From Gaiellaceae bacterium (GTDB lineage Bacteria; Actinomycetota; Thermoleophilia; Gaiellales; Gaiellaceae), in NCBI GenBank assembly GCA_036497525.1, contig DASXJG010000071.1, forward strand, positions 1 through 58,537: a stretch of DNA of 58,537 nt, given 5' to 3'. How positions within the stretch are numbered: the first letter of the stretch is position 1; every line of letters starts with the position of its first letter. The translations under genes were made by a program, and so were the position numbers. Shown here piece after piece: positions 27,450 through 37,055 of this stretch. The notes beneath the pieces are model-generated. The model was not told the origin of the DNA. It made no database searches and saw only the letters and a list, made by a program, of their open reading frames with translations.

Positions 27450-27511
27450 CCAGTCATATTTCGGCTGCGAAAGCGGCCTCCTTTAGGGCCTCCGCGTCGC
27501 CGGAGTCAGGA

Positions 27512-28123
27512 CTAGTCGGTTCGAAGGCTTGCGATCGCCCGCTCGATTGTCCGCGCTTGCTGCGCCCAGGTCTTGGCCGGAGCTGCGCCCACGATCACGG
27601 AGCTGGTGTGAGTGCCCGCCACGAGACACGCGATCTCGCGGTAGCGAGTTCGCGACGTGGGATAGCTGTCGATCACGCACGAGCCCGTGCCGGAACGGAA
27701 CCGGAGCCCGTGCGCGCTGGCGATCAGACGAACGTCCTTCGTGTGTTCCTCGTCACCCACGTGCTCGATCCGGAAGCTCGGCCAATTCGCTAGCGTCTCG
27801 GTTCCCTGCCGGGGAGTCGCGTTGAGGTACCCGCGGATGAAATGGCCGCGGCCGATCAGCCCCACCGAGGCCGTCCCCGGGTCGGTGCGAATCGTCCTCC
27901 AGGTCCTGGGGTAGCCGAAACTTGCGGCGCCGGACGGAAGCCGCGCAAGCGTCCAGCCGCGCGGCGGAGGCTGCGGATGCAGCCAGCGAAAGGCGGGCGC
28001 CTGACCGTTGGCCGACGCGCCTGCGTCTGCGGCGCCGCCGCAGACAGCGAGGAACGCAGCGACGGTCGCGGCGACAACAACGAGCCGCCGCGACCCTCCG
28101 ATCATCCGCTCAGATATTTCCAT
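27512..28123 (-). CDS. Lipoprotein, function unknown
   Basis: Signal peptide plus lipobox (AAFLAVCGG). Start is ATG 28123 or 28105. Confidence 0.6.
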   Translation of the reverse strand: MEISERMIGGSRRLVVVAATVAAFLAVCGGAADAGASANGQAPAFRWLHPQPPPRGWTLARLPSGAASFGYPRTWRTIRTDPGTASVGLIGRGHFIRGYLNATPRQGTETLANWPSFRIEHVGDEEHTKDVRLIASAHGLRFRSGTGSCVIDSYPTSRTRYREIACLVAGTHTSSVIVGAAPAKTWAQQARTIERAIASLRTD

Positions 28124-28694
28124 CGCCGTCGCTCGGACCGCCGTTGTTGTCCGAGTCGTGGTCGCCGCCGTTGTTCTGCGGGATCCCGTTCCCAGCAGGC
28201 CGGGGCAGAACCTTGGCTCCGGCCGGCGAGACTGCGTACCACTTCGAGCCGAAGGCGCTGACGCCCTCGCCGTGAGTCTGGCCCTTGCTCTTGTCCTTGA
28301 CGAACGTGTAGAGCGGGTGGTGGTTGTAGGTCACCTGGCGGCGTCCGTCGGCGCGCTTGATCGTTCCGATCAGGGACGCTTTCGCGCCTCCCCCGACGGC
28401 AGGCTTGCCGCTCGCGATCAACGGCGGCCAGAAGGTCGCGCACTGTCCGGAGCACGAGCTCTTTCCGTTTCGGTCCTTCCCGAACAGATAGACCGTGTGT
28501 CCGCGGGAGTTGACGAGGACACGGCCCAGGCTGGTCTTCGCGGTCGAGACGACGGTCCCGCTGCTGGCCGAAGCGTGCAGCTTGGGCGGGTTGAGCAGAA
28601 GCACGGCTGCGGCGAGCAGTGCGAGCGCAGCAGCTGCGACCGTCAGCTTTTGGGGCAGTGAACGGGCAACGCCGCTCTGGTGGTTCGGTGGCAT
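28110..28694 (-). CDS. Secreted/membrane-anchored COG4315-family protein with Yx(F/W/Y)xxD repeats (paralogue of 18741..19250)
   Basis: Start trimmed to ATG 28694 after GGGAGG. Hydrophobic anchor, repeats VYLFGKD..CSGQCATFWPP and LYTFVKD...G.GEG....W, and an Asp/Gly/Asn-rich tail. Confidence 0.7.
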   Translation of the reverse strand: MPPNHQSGVARSLPQKLTVAAAALALLAAAVLLLNPPKLHASASSGTVVSTAKTSLGRVLVNSRGHTVYLFGKDRNGKSSCSGQCATFWPPLIASGKPAVGGGAKASLIGTIKRADGRRQVTYNHHPLYTFVKDKSKGQTHGEGVSAFGSKWYAVSPAGAKVLPRPAGNGIPQNNGGDHDSDNNGGPSDGDGNI

Positions 28695-28866
28695 CAGGGC
28701 CTCCCTGAGGTTTGTGATCAATTCGTTCCGGCCCACCAACGATCGCGGCGTAGGGGTGCGCACCGCGTCCTCGTCAGCGCCCATTTCGACTCCTCGCTTC
28801 CAGCAGCACCGACTGGCAGGTAGCGGCTATGTGGGCCCGACGAGGGACCGGCCCGGGTCGTTCTGC

Positions 28867-29535
28867 TCAGGCAGGTGAAGAGGTCGTCGAAGCTGCACGC
28901 GGCGGCGGTCGCGTTTCGAGCTGAGCAAGAAAACCGGCAAGCCAGGACTGCACGGCGGCCGACACTGCCGGCAGATCGGCCTTGAGGCTGTGGTCGCCGG
29001 GCACCTCGATCACCGTTCGCCTTGTGCTCGCAGGTGGGATGCCAAACCGGTCGCGCGTTCCTTGCACGACCAGGGTCGGAACCGCGACCTCGTCCAGTTC
29101 GGGAAGACGGCTCGTGGCCGGAGCCACCCCGGCTCGCCTGGGCGGCTGCAACGGGAAGGCCAGGCACACCACCGCGACCGCGTCGGTGATGCCGGCGGTA
29201 CGGCAGGCAACCCGCGCGCCCAGGGAGCGACCTCCGACCAGCAGCGGCAAGCCTCGGAGCTCTCGCTCGCGTAGCCGGGCAACTACCGCGACCCACGCAG
29301 CGTCGAGCTGGGCCGCCGGGGCAGGCGAACGTCGCCCTGCTACCCGATAAGGCTGCTCCACCAACGCGACGCTGACAGCCTCTCCGAGCGCAACGTCGCA
29401 TGCCGCCACCAGATCACGGGCCTCCACCCCTCCCCCCGCGCCGTGGCCGAGCACGAGCCCCGCGCGCGGCCGATCGGCGGCATGCAGGTAGACCCGCGCC
29501 TGCCCTGATGGCGACTCGACGTTGAGCACCTGCAC
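28867..29535 (-). CDS. Alpha/beta hydrolase (COG3571 / KANL3-Tex30-like)
   Basis: Motifs LGHGAGGG, the nucleophile elbow GGRSLGARV, and VPTLVVQGTRDRFG. Confidence 0.75.
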   Translation of the reverse strand: MQVLNVESPSGQARVYLHAADRPRAGLVLGHGAGGGVEARDLVAACDVALGEAVSVALVEQPYRVAGRRSPAPAAQLDAAWVAVVARLRERELRGLPLLVGGRSLGARVACRTAGITDAVAVVCLAFPLQPPRRAGVAPATSRLPELDEVAVPTLVVQGTRDRFGIPPASTRRTVIEVPGDHSLKADLPAVSAAVQSWLAGFLAQLETRPPPRAASTTSSPA

Positions 29536-29580
29536 CTGACTGATGCTGACAGCCGCGAGCCCGACGACCCGGAGCGGTCG

Positions 29581-30999
29581 CTATACGGCGGCAGGCGGGA
29601 TGTTGATGTTCATCCGGAAGAGGTTGTCCGGGTCGTACTTCGCCTTCAGCACAGCGAGCCGCTCGTAGTTCACGCCGTAGCCGGCGCGCGCGAGCGCCTC
29701 CTCCTCCTCGCCGAGACCCGGGAAGTTGAGGTAGACGGCTCCGGTGGAATAGCGCTCCATCGCGTCGAACACCTCCCTGGCCCAGGCGATCGCCTCCTCG
29801 TTCTGCGCCGGGTCGGTCCAGCTCGCCTCGGCGGTCACGAGGAACTGCGTGTCACGGCCGCCATAGGCCGTCTCCTCCTCGGCGACGCGGCTCATCGCGC
29901 CGCCGTGATGCCAGATCACGATGTCGCTGAGCGGCGCCGGCCTGCGGCCTGCGAGCTCGACGATGTCCCCGATGACCTCGTCGGAGAGCTCGGTGACCGA
30001 GCGGGACTTCCAGTAGCGAAGCTCTCCCTCCGGGAAGATCGCGTCGAAGCCGCTCTGCAGGCCGAGCCAGGGCCAGGGACCGCTCGCGTCCACGACCGGA
30101 GACGCGAGCTCGCGCAGCGGCTGCACGATCCGCTCGCCCTCTTCGACCGGGCCACTGTAAGCAGCCGCAACGACGACGACGGGAGTGCCGTGGATCTCCG
30201 GCGGGAACGGCTCGACGGGCGGCACGCTCCAGCAGATCGCGAGCGAGCTCAGCTCCTCGGGCGCGGTCGCCATGAAGTCGCGCCAGGCGGGCAGGATCGA
30301 GGATGCCACCTCGAACGGGTAGAAGATCGCGCCGACGAACACCATCGGGCCGACGGGGTGCGCTCGGAACTCGAACGACGTGACGACGCCGAAGTTGCTG
30401 CCCGCGCCGCGGACGGCCCAGAACAGATCCTCGTTCTCCGTCGCGCTCGCGCGGCGGAGCTGTCCGTCGGCGGTGACGATGTCCACCGACACAAGGCTGT
30501 CGATCGAGAGCCCGTGCTTGCGGCGCAGATGACCGAGCCCCCCGTGCAGCGTCAGCCCCGCCACGCCGGTCGTCGAGACGACGCCGCCGGGCACCGCGAG
30601 GCCGAACAGCTGCGTCTCACGGTCGAGGTCGCCCCAGGTGGCCCCGCCCTGTACGCGCACGGTCTGCGAGGCCGGGTCGACGTGAACGCCGCGCATCTGC
30701 GAAAGGTCGAGCACGATCCCGTCGTCGTTGACGGCGTTGCCGGCGACGTTGTGCCCTCCCGCCTTGATCGAGAGCGTGAGCCCCTGCTCGCGCGCGAAGT
30801 TCACCGCGTCGACGACGTCGGCCGCGCCGCTGCACTGGACGATCAGCGCGGGATGTCTGTCGATCAGCCCGTTCCAGATGGAGCGCGCATCGTCGTACCC
30901 GGGATCACCCGGCATGAGCACCGGTCCGCGAACCTGCCCGGAGAATGCCGCCACCGAATCTGCGTCGATCTTCACGTCCGCCGCGACCTTGCTCGCCAT
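29581..30999 (-). CDS. FAD-linked oxidase with C-terminal BBE-like domain
   Basis: Start trimmed to ATG 30999 after GGAGGAAG. FAD_binding_4-type N-terminus (LSIKAGGHNVAG) and the C-terminal motif YGVNYERLAVLKAKYDPDNLFRMNINI. Confidence 0.85.
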   Translation of the reverse strand: MASKVAADVKIDADSVAAFSGQVRGPVLMPGDPGYDDARSIWNGLIDRHPALIVQCSGAADVVDAVNFAREQGLTLSIKAGGHNVAGNAVNDDGIVLDLSQMRGVHVDPASQTVRVQGGATWGDLDRETQLFGLAVPGGVVSTTGVAGLTLHGGLGHLRRKHGLSIDSLVSVDIVTADGQLRRASATENEDLFWAVRGAGSNFGVVTSFEFRAHPVGPMVFVGAIFYPFEVASSILPAWRDFMATAPEELSSLAICWSVPPVEPFPPEIHGTPVVVVAAAYSGPVEEGERIVQPLRELASPVVDASGPWPWLGLQSGFDAIFPEGELRYWKSRSVTELSDEVIGDIVELAGRRPAPLSDIVIWHHGGAMSRVAEEETAYGGRDTQFLVTAEASWTDPAQNEEAIAWAREVFDAMERYSTGAVYLNFPGLGEEEEALARAGYGVNYERLAVLKAKYDPDNLFRMNINIPPAAV

Positions 31000-31142
31000 C
31001 GTCTTCCTCCCCTGAGAGCCTGCGTGGATTGGCGCGAGCATACGCCGGGAGGGACAGCCGGCCAACGTCTGGGACCGCCGGATTTAACGGACATGTAAGG
31101 ACTCGCCGACTCCGCCGCAATCCCGCCAGCCAGAATGGGAAG

Positions 31143-31820
31143 ATGCAGACCGTCCTCGTTGTGGATGACGAGCCGATCGTGCGCGACGTCGTCGTCCGCT
31201 ACCTCGAGCGCGACGGCTTCCGGACCTTGACGGCCTCGGACGGAGACGCGGCGCGGTCGCTGATCGAAGAGCGCGAGCCGAGCCTCGTCGTGCTCGACGT
31301 CATGCTTCCCGGCACGGACGGGCTGACCCTCTGCCGCTGGATCCGCGACCGGTCCAGCCTGCCGGTGATCCTGCTCACGGCGCGCGGCGAGGAGGCCGAC
31401 CGGATCGTCGGACTGGAGCTCGGCGCGGACGACTACGTCACGAAGCCCTTCTCGCCGCGCGAGCTTGCAGCGCGCGTGCGATCAGTCCTCCGTCGCAGCA
31501 ACGGCAGCTCACTGCCGCGCGAGACGATCGCCTTCGGCGAGGTCGCCCTCGACGGCAGCAGCCGCGAAGCCCGGCTCGCCGATACCCCCGTCCAGCTCAC
31601 CGCGAAGGAGTTCGAGCTGCTCTGGTTCCTCGCCTCGCACCCGCGCCACGTTTTTTCCCGCGACCAGCTCATGGCCCGCGTCTGGGGCTACGAATCGGCC
31701 GTTGACACCGGGACGGTCACCGTCCACGTGCGGCGGCTGCGGGAGAAGATCGAGGCAGACCCCAGCCACCCCCGCCACCTCCACACCGTGTGGGGCGTCG
31801 GCTACCGCCTCGACCCATGA
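31143..31820 (+). CDS. OmpR/PhoB-family response regulator
   Basis: Motifs [16 protein letters not shown] and [13 protein letters not shown], plus a winged-helix C-terminus ([20 protein letters not shown]). Confidence 0.9.
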   Translation: MQTVLVVDDEPIVRDVVVRYLERDGFRTLTASDGDAARSLIEEREPSLVVLDVMLPGTDGLTLCRWIRDRSSLPVILLTARGEEADRIVGLELGADDYVTKPFSPRELAARVRSVLRRSNGSSLPRETIAFGEVALDGSSREARLADTPVQLTAKEFELLWFLASHPRHVFSRDQLMARVWGYESAVDTGTVTVHVRRLREKIEADPSHPRHLHTVWGVGYRLDP

Positions 31821-32878
31821 TCGCGCTCGCCCTGGTCGTCGCCGCCGGCAGTCTGGCCTCGGGGCTCGCGCTTGCGTACCTCCTGCGGCGTGCGCCGACC
31901 GTCGGGATCCAGCTGGCCGGACTCGCCCTGATCGCCGTCTGCGTCCCGCTCGCGGCCGTGCTGCTGTCGGGCTGGGTGATGTTTCACATGGGCGCCGACC
32001 GAAAGATCCTCGCCGTGGCCGCGGGCTCCGCCACGGCCGCGGTCTTCGCCGCCTTCGTGCTCGCACGCTCGATCACCGGCTCGCTGCGCCGCCTGGGCAC
32101 GACGTCGCACACGCTTGCCGCCGGAGAGCTCTCCGTTCGGGCGCCGGTCGAGGGCCCGCGGGAGATCGCGGAGCTCGCCGCCTCCTTCAATGCAATGGCC
32201 GCGGGCCTCGAGCAGCTCTTCGACGCCCGCCGCGAGCTCGTTGCCTGGGCGAGCCATGACCTACGTGCTCCTATCGCGTCGCTTCAGGCGATGCTCGAAG
32301 CGATCGAGGACGGCCTCGCATCTGCCGAGGACTACCTGCCGACGCTTCGGGAGCAGGTGCGGACGCTGTCGGCACTGGTCGACGACCTGTTCGAGCTCGC
32401 GCGCATCGACTCCGGCGTGCTCACCCTCGAGCTTCGGCAGACGCCCGTCGCACCGCTCGTCACCTCGGCGTTGCAGTTGCTCCGGCCCGAGGCCGAGGCG
32501 CGCGGCGTCGCGCTCAGCTCGGAGGTCGACGAGCAAATGGAGGCACAGCTGGCACCCGACAAGATCGAGCGAGTGCTGTTCAACCTCGTGACGAACGCGC
32601 TGCACCACACCCCCTCGGACGGATCCGTGGCCGTCCGCGCGGAGCGCCGTGCCTCCGACCTGCTCCTCCGTGTCGAGGACACCGGCGAGGGACTGCCGGC
32701 CGAGGCGCCGGGACGGATGTTCGAGCGCTTCTGGCGGGCGGATCGAGCCCGCAGCGGCAGCGGTGCCGGGCTCGGTCTCGCCATCGCCCGAGGGCTGGTC
32801 GAGGCCCACGGCGGCCGCATCTGGGCCGAGAACCGTCCGCAGGGCGGCGCCTGCGTCTCCTTCACCCTGCCGACCTGA
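31817..32878 (+). CDS. Membrane sensor histidine kinase (2 TM, HAMP, HisKA, HATPase_c)
   Basis: ATGA overlap with the regulator. H-box [11 protein letters not shown]-box [12 protein letters not shown], and G-boxes DTGEGL and [10 protein letters not shown]. Confidence 0.85.
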   Translation: MIALALVVAAGSLASGLALAYLLRRAPTVGIQLAGLALIAVCVPLAAVLLSGWVMFHMGADRKILAVAAGSATAAVFAAFVLARSITGSLRRLGTTSHTLAAGELSVRAPVEGPREIAELAASFNAMAAGLEQLFDARRELVAWASHDLRAPIASLQAMLEAIEDGLASAEDYLPTLREQVRTLSALVDDLFELARIDSGVLTLELRQTPVAPLVTSALQLLRPEAEARGVALSSEVDEQMEAQLAPDKIERVLFNLVTNALHHTPSDGSVAVRAERRASDLLLRVEDTGEGLPAEAPGRMFERFWRADRARSGSGAGLGLAIARGLVEAHGGRIWAENRPQGGACVSFTLPT

Positions 32879-32892
32879 TCAGCCGTGCAGCC

Positions 32893-32926
32893 GTGGGAGG
32901 CGGACGCATCGGCGCCCGCCTCCCAC
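32893..32926. terminator. Perfect 11-bp inverted repeat between convergent genes
   Basis: gtgggaggcgg (32893-32903) and ccgcctcccac (32916-32926) with a 12-nt loop. It lies between the stops at 32878 and 32934. Confidence 0.55.
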
Positions 32927-32933
32927 GCGACGA

Positions 32934-34097
32934 TCAGTCGACGACGATTCCGGAGGGGGTTGCGCCGGCCGGGCCGGCGGTCGGTGAGCTGGTGAGCTCG
33001 GTCAGGGTGCCCCCCTGGACGGAGAACGCGTTGATCTGGTCGCCTCCGCCGTTGACTACAAAGAGAGTGGATCCGTCAGGCGAGAGCCGTGCGTCCTCGG
33101 CGCCGTTGCCGTTCTCGATCGGAGTGTTGCCGATCGCAATGAGCGATCCGTCTGTGTCGATCGAGTAGCTGGCGACGGTCGAGGAAGCCGTATTGACCGT
33201 GAACAGGTACTTGCCGTCGTGGCTGATCTCGATCCAGCAAGAGGCGGTCCCGGCGTTTGCGAAGGGCGACGCTCCGATCGGGGTCAGCGTTCCGTCGGCC
33301 GCATCGGTGTACGCGGAGACGCTTCCCGGTGCGGGGCCGTTCGCCGCGGTGTGCGCATTCGAGACAAACAGCTGAGCCGGATCGGCCGGGTTGAACTCGC
33401 TGCCGAATTGGCCGAACACGCCTGCCTGGTGCTCGAACGGCGAGCCGGGTGCCGCGGACAGCAGTCCGTCCGCGCCGACCGTGAAGCTGTCGATCTCCGA
33501 GGTGCCCACCCGGGCTCCGACGAGTTTCGTGCCGTCTCCGTCGAAGAGGACGTCCCCCGGTTGTGAGCCGGCCGGAAGAGAGACGGTGGAACCGAGAATC
33601 GGCCGCAGGTGGCCTCCTTGGTTGAGAGTAAAGCCGGTGTAGTTCGGGTTCACGGGATCCGCGTTGGCGACGTAGACGAGACCATCATCGACGGCGATGC
33701 TCACAGGGTTGCCACCGTTCGACGACACGATGTCGGCGATCTGGAGCGACCCGTCGGGCTTGATCCTGAGCACCGAGATCTGGTTGCTGCCTGCGTCGAC
33801 CGCGAGCAGATAACGGCCGTCGGAGCTGAGCTCCAAGGAGCCCTGAGACGCGTTCGCGTGCCCGGCCCCGGCGCCGCCTGCCGCAAACGGCGAGCCGGCA
33901 ATCGGCGTGAGCGATCGGTCGGCGTGCCGATAGAAGCCCGCGACCGTGTTCGCGCCGGTGGTGTTGTCGTTGATGTACACGTGGCCGACCACCGGCGACG
34001 CCTGAGGAGCGGGCAGCGACGCCGAAGCGTCGACGGCGACGATCATCGAAACGACCCCCGCGAGAGCGGCAACAACCGTGAAGCCAAGCTTCGTCAT
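32934..34097 (-). CDS. Secreted 7-bladed beta-propeller, lactonase-like (COG2706 family)
   Basis: Signal peptide. Repeated S.DG..L(Y/F)V.N...S..I..F blade motifs (SSDGRYLLAVDAGSNQISV, SHDGKYLFTVNTASSTVASY, SPDGSTLFVVNGGGDQINAF). Confidence 0.65.
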   Translation of the reverse strand: MTKLGFTVVAALAGVVSMIVAVDASASLPAPQASPVVGHVYINDNTTGANTVAGFYRHADRSLTPIAGSPFAAGGAGAGHANASQGSLELSSDGRYLLAVDAGSNQISVLRIKPDGSLQIADIVSSNGGNPVSIAVDDGLVYVANADPVNPNYTGFTLNQGGHLRPILGSTVSLPAGSQPGDVLFDGDGTKLVGARVGTSEIDSFTVGADGLLSAAPGSPFEHQAGVFGQFGSEFNPADPAQLFVSNAHTAANGPAPGSVSAYTDAADGTLTPIGASPFANAGTASCWIEISHDGKYLFTVNTASSTVASYSIDTDGSLIAIGNTPIENGNGAEDARLSPDGSTLFVVNGGGDQINAFSVQGGTLTELTSSPTAGPAGATPSGIVVD

Positions 34098-34246
34098 TCC
34101 GTGAGTACCTCCTGATCGGCGCGAGGCTCATTCCCCGCGCGCCCGACCACGCTCGCAATCAACCCTGACCCGCTGGTTACCGGTGTATGAATGGTCCCTT
34201 AACTCGACTCGATCTTCAGTGGGCCCCCCACTTCCGCCGGCCGTGT

Positions 34247-35284
34247 ATGACTCCGACCGTGGGCTTTGCCGCGGCCGCCGGCCGTTACGAGGAGATGACG
34301 TACCGCCGCTGCGGGGCGAGCGGTCTGAAGCTGCCCGCGATCAGCCTCGGCCTCTGGCAGAACTTCGGTCACGAGCGCCCGCTCGAGACGTCCCGCGCCA
34401 TTCTCCGCCGCGCGTTCGACTCCGGGATCACCCACTTCGATCTGGCGAACAACTACGGGCCGCCGTACGGCTCGGCGGAGCAGGTGTTCGGCGAGGTGCT
34501 CCGTCTCGATCTCGCGCCATACCGCGACGAGCTCGTCATCTCGACGAAGGCGGGCTACGACATGTGGCCGGGCCCCTACGGCGAATGGGGCTCGCGCAAG
34601 TACCTGCTGGCAAGCCTCGACCAGAGCCTCAGCCGCATTGGGCTCGAGTACGTCGACATCTTCTACTCGCACCGCTTCGATCCCGAGACTCCCCTCGAGG
34701 AGACGATGGGGGCCCTTGCGTCGGCGATCAGCCAGGGGAAGGCGCTGTACGTGGGCATCTCGTCGTACTCGGCCGAGAAGACCCGCGAGGCGGAGGCGAT
34801 CCTCCGCGATCTCGGGGTGCCCCTCCTGATCCACCAGCCGTCGTACTCGCTCCTCAACCGTTGGATCGAGGCCGAGCTCCTGGACACGCTCGGCGACCTC
34901 GGCGTCGGCTGCATCTGCTTCTCACCGCTCGCCCAGGGCGTGCTCACCGATCGCTACCTCGGCGGAATCCCGGAGGGGTCGCGCGCGAGCCGGTCCGGCT
35001 CGATGTCGCCGGACCAGCTCACCGAGGAGACGATGGCCAAGGTGCGCGCCTTGAACGACATCGCCCAGCGGCGCGGTCAGACGCTTGCCCAGCTCGCGCT
35101 GGCCTGGACGCTCCGCGACCCGCGCATGACCTCGACACTGGTCGGAGCGAGCAGCGTCGAGCAGCTCGAGCAGAACCTCGGCGCGCTCCGGAAACCCGAC
35201 TTCACCGCGGCCGAGCTCGAAGAGATCGACGGGTACGCGACCGACAGCGGCATCAACATCTGGGCAACCTCGAGCGAGAGCTGA
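34247..35284 (+). CDS. Aldo/keto reductase, YghZ/Gpr (L-glyceraldehyde-3-phosphate reductase)-like
   Basis: Start trimmed to ATG 34247. Sequence YRRCGASGLKLPAISLGLWQNFG, HFDLANNYG, and KALYVGISSY. Confidence 0.85.
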   Translation: MTPTVGFAAAAGRYEEMTYRRCGASGLKLPAISLGLWQNFGHERPLETSRAILRRAFDSGITHFDLANNYGPPYGSAEQVFGEVLRLDLAPYRDELVISTKAGYDMWPGPYGEWGSRKYLLASLDQSLSRIGLEYVDIFYSHRFDPETPLEETMGALASAISQGKALYVGISSYSAEKTREAEAILRDLGVPLLIHQPSYSLLNRWIEAELLDTLGDLGVGCICFSPLAQGVLTDRYLGGIPEGSRASRSGSMSPDQLTEETMAKVRALNDIAQRRGQTLAQLALAWTLRDPRMTSTLVGASSVEQLEQNLGALRKPDFTAAELEEIDGYATDSGINIWATSSES

Positions 35285-35295
35285 CGGCTGCGCGA

Positions 35296-35380
35296 TGCCG
35301 GGGGCGGGACTTGAACCCGCACGGCCCGAGGGCCACCCGATTTTAAGTCGGGCGCGTCTGACCAGTTCCGCCACCCCGGC
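35296..35380 (-). tRNA. tRNA-Leu (anticodon UAA), long variable arm; CCA not encoded
   Basis: Reverse complement is GCCGGGGTGGCGGAACTGGTCAGACGCGCCCGACTTAAAATCGGGTGGCCCTCGGGCCGTGCGGGTTCAAGTCCCGCCCCCGGCA. Acceptor pairs 7/7, anticodon stem is CCCGA/TCGGG with loop CTTAAAA, and the T-arm is GCGGG-TTCAAGT-CCCGC. Confidence 0.9.
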
Positions 35381-35426
35381 CGGGTGAGCGTAGCGCCCGC
35401 CGCACGGGCCGATACCCTGCCGCCCG

Positions 35427-36029
35427 ATGTCGCTCGCCCTGATCACGCCACCGATCCATCACGCGATCCAGGCGTTTGCGTGGGCCGGTGTCGTCGGTCA
35501 GGTGATCATCGTCCTGTTCCTGCTGATCGGCCTGCTCACGCTCGTCGGCGTGCGCGGCCCGCTCGCCACGTTGCGCGGTTGGCTCTGGGGCTACGAGCTG
35601 TGGGCGGCGTTCGTCGTCGCGGCGATCGCGACCGGCGGCAGCCTCTTCTTCTCTGAGATCGCGGGCTTCCCGCCGTGTGAGCTGTGCTGGTTCCAGCGGA
35701 TCTGCATGTACCCGCTCTCGATCCTTCTGCTGCTCATGGCCTGGAACGGGGACAACCGGGCCGCGCGCTACCTCTTCCCCCTTCCCATCGTCGGGGCCGG
35801 CGTCTCGATCTACCACCTCCTGGTCGAGAACGGTGTGGTCAAGGAGGCACACGCGTGTGTGGTGTCTGCGCCGGGCGGGTGTGCCACGAAGTGGATCAAC
35901 GAGCTCGGCTACATCACCATCCCGACGCTCGCGCTCACCGGCTTCCTTCTTCTCATCGGATTCTTGCTCCTTGCAACCACCGGAGCCGCCGAAGAGACGG
36001 CTACCCTTCCCGCTCATGCCGAGCGGTAA
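35427..36029 (+). CDS. Disulfide bond formation protein B (BdbC/DsbB family)
   Basis: Four-TM layout with the active-site pair in PPCELCWFQRICMYP and a second Cys pair (HACVVSAPGGCATKW). Confidence 0.8.
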   Translation: MSLALITPPIHHAIQAFAWAGVVGQVIIVLFLLIGLLTLVGVRGPLATLRGWLWGYELWAAFVVAAIATGGSLFFSEIAGFPPCELCWFQRICMYPLSILLLLMAWNGDNRAARYLFPLPIVGAGVSIYHLLVENGVVKEAHACVVSAPGGCATKWINELGYITIPTLALTGFLLLIGFLLLATTGAAEETATLPAHAER

Positions 36030-36894
36030 GAGAGCAAGACAACAGCGCAGGGAAGCGGCCGTGACTGCGCCGCCGCCCGTGCGCTCCAAGGGCGTAGGCG
36101 GAGCCCGCGCTCGCCAGGCGTCGCCGCGCGTCCTCGCGATCGTCGGCGGTGTCGTCCTCCTCGCGGTCATCGCAATCGTGCTGGGAGTCGTCCTCAGCAG
36201 CGGCGGCGGCGGCGGAGGCGGCGGAGGCACCGTCACCAAGAGTGACCTGAGTGGCTTGCCGGCGGTCGGCAATGCGAACTGGTCGGGCCAACTGGACGGC
36301 GCATCCGACGCCAACGCACTCTTCGACGGCATCCCGCAGACGGGCCTCGTACTCGGCAAGCCATCGGCGCCGGTCGAGATGGAGATGTTCATCGACGTCC
36401 AGTGCCCGTTCTGCCAGGACTACGAGGTCAACAACCTGCCCACGGTCGTCAAGGACGACATCAAGTCGGGGAAGGTGCAACTGCACCTGCAGCCGTGGGC
36501 CTTCATCGGCGGGGCGGGCTCGCAGTCGTTCAGCGGCCGGCTCGGCCTGATCGCAGCCTCGTTCCAGAACAAGGGGTACGAGTACGCGAAGGTCCTCTAC
36601 GACAACCAGCAACCCGAGGACACCGGCTGGCTGACCGGCCGGCAGATGGCGCTCATCGCGGCCAGCGTGAACGGGCTCAACCTGAGTAAGTGGCAGAAGT
36701 CCGTGAACGGCTCGGCCGTGAAGCAGATCGCGAGCACGGTCGATCGGCTCGCAACGCAGGCAAAGGTCCAGGGAACGCCGACGGTGCTCGTCGGCTGCGC
36801 GGGCGGCAACCTGCAGAACGTCACCTCGCCGACTCTCGAGCCGACCCTCGAGCAGACCCAGAACGCGATCTCCGCGGCCTCCTGCAGCAAGTAG
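36016..36894 (+). CDS. Membrane-anchored DsbA-family thiol:disulfide oxidoreductase
   Basis: Start trimmed to ATG 36016, a 14-nt overlap with the DsbB-like gene. TM anchor, nine-Gly linker encoded by a (GGC/GGA)9 run at 36202-36228, thioredoxin-fold active site CPFC, and the cis-Pro region QGTPTVLV. Confidence 0.8.
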   Translation: MPSGKRARQQRREAAVTAPPPVRSKGVGGARARQASPRVLAIVGGVVLLAVIAIVLGVVLSSGGGGGGGGGTVTKSDLSGLPAVGNANWSGQLDGASDANALFDGIPQTGLVLGKPSAPVEMEMFIDVQCPFCQDYEVNNLPTVVKDDIKSGKVQLHLQPWAFIGGAGSQSFSGRLGLIAASFQNKGYEYAKVLYDNQQPEDTGWLTGRQMALIAASVNGLNLSKWQKSVNGSAVKQIASTVDRLATQAKVQGTPTVLVGCAGGNLQNVTSPTLEPTLEQTQNAISAASCSK

Positions 36895-36937
36895 CGCCGC
36901 CCCGGGCGAAAGCCCGCAAAGAGCGCGCATTTCCTGC

Positions 36938-36967
36938 TTGACGCTCGAACCGCCTCCCGAGTAGTCT
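36938..36967 (+). promoter_or_regulatory. Candidate sigma-A type promoter upstream of rmuC
   Basis: TTGACG (36938-36943), N18, then TAGTCT (36962-36967). This would give a leader of about 85 nt before ATG 37056. Confidence 0.3.
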
Positions 36968-37055
36968 CCGCGAGCCGGTTCCGATGGACTTACGGGTTCG
37001 TCGGGGCCGGCGTCTTTGTTCCGTCCGACGCGGTCTCTAGGGTTCTGCGCCCGCA

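Noticed and set aside
35296-35380. A tRNA with a long variable arm, considered as possible tRNA-Sec in view of the UGA finding
   Set aside because: The anticodon loop is CTTAAAA (anticodon UAA), the acceptor is 7 bp and the T-arm is standard. It is tRNA-Leu, not selC.
36903-36916. cgggc-gaaa-gcccg hairpin after the dsbA-like stop, considered as a terminator
   Set aside because: It has only a 5-bp stem with no U-tract, which is too weak to call in this GC-rich background.
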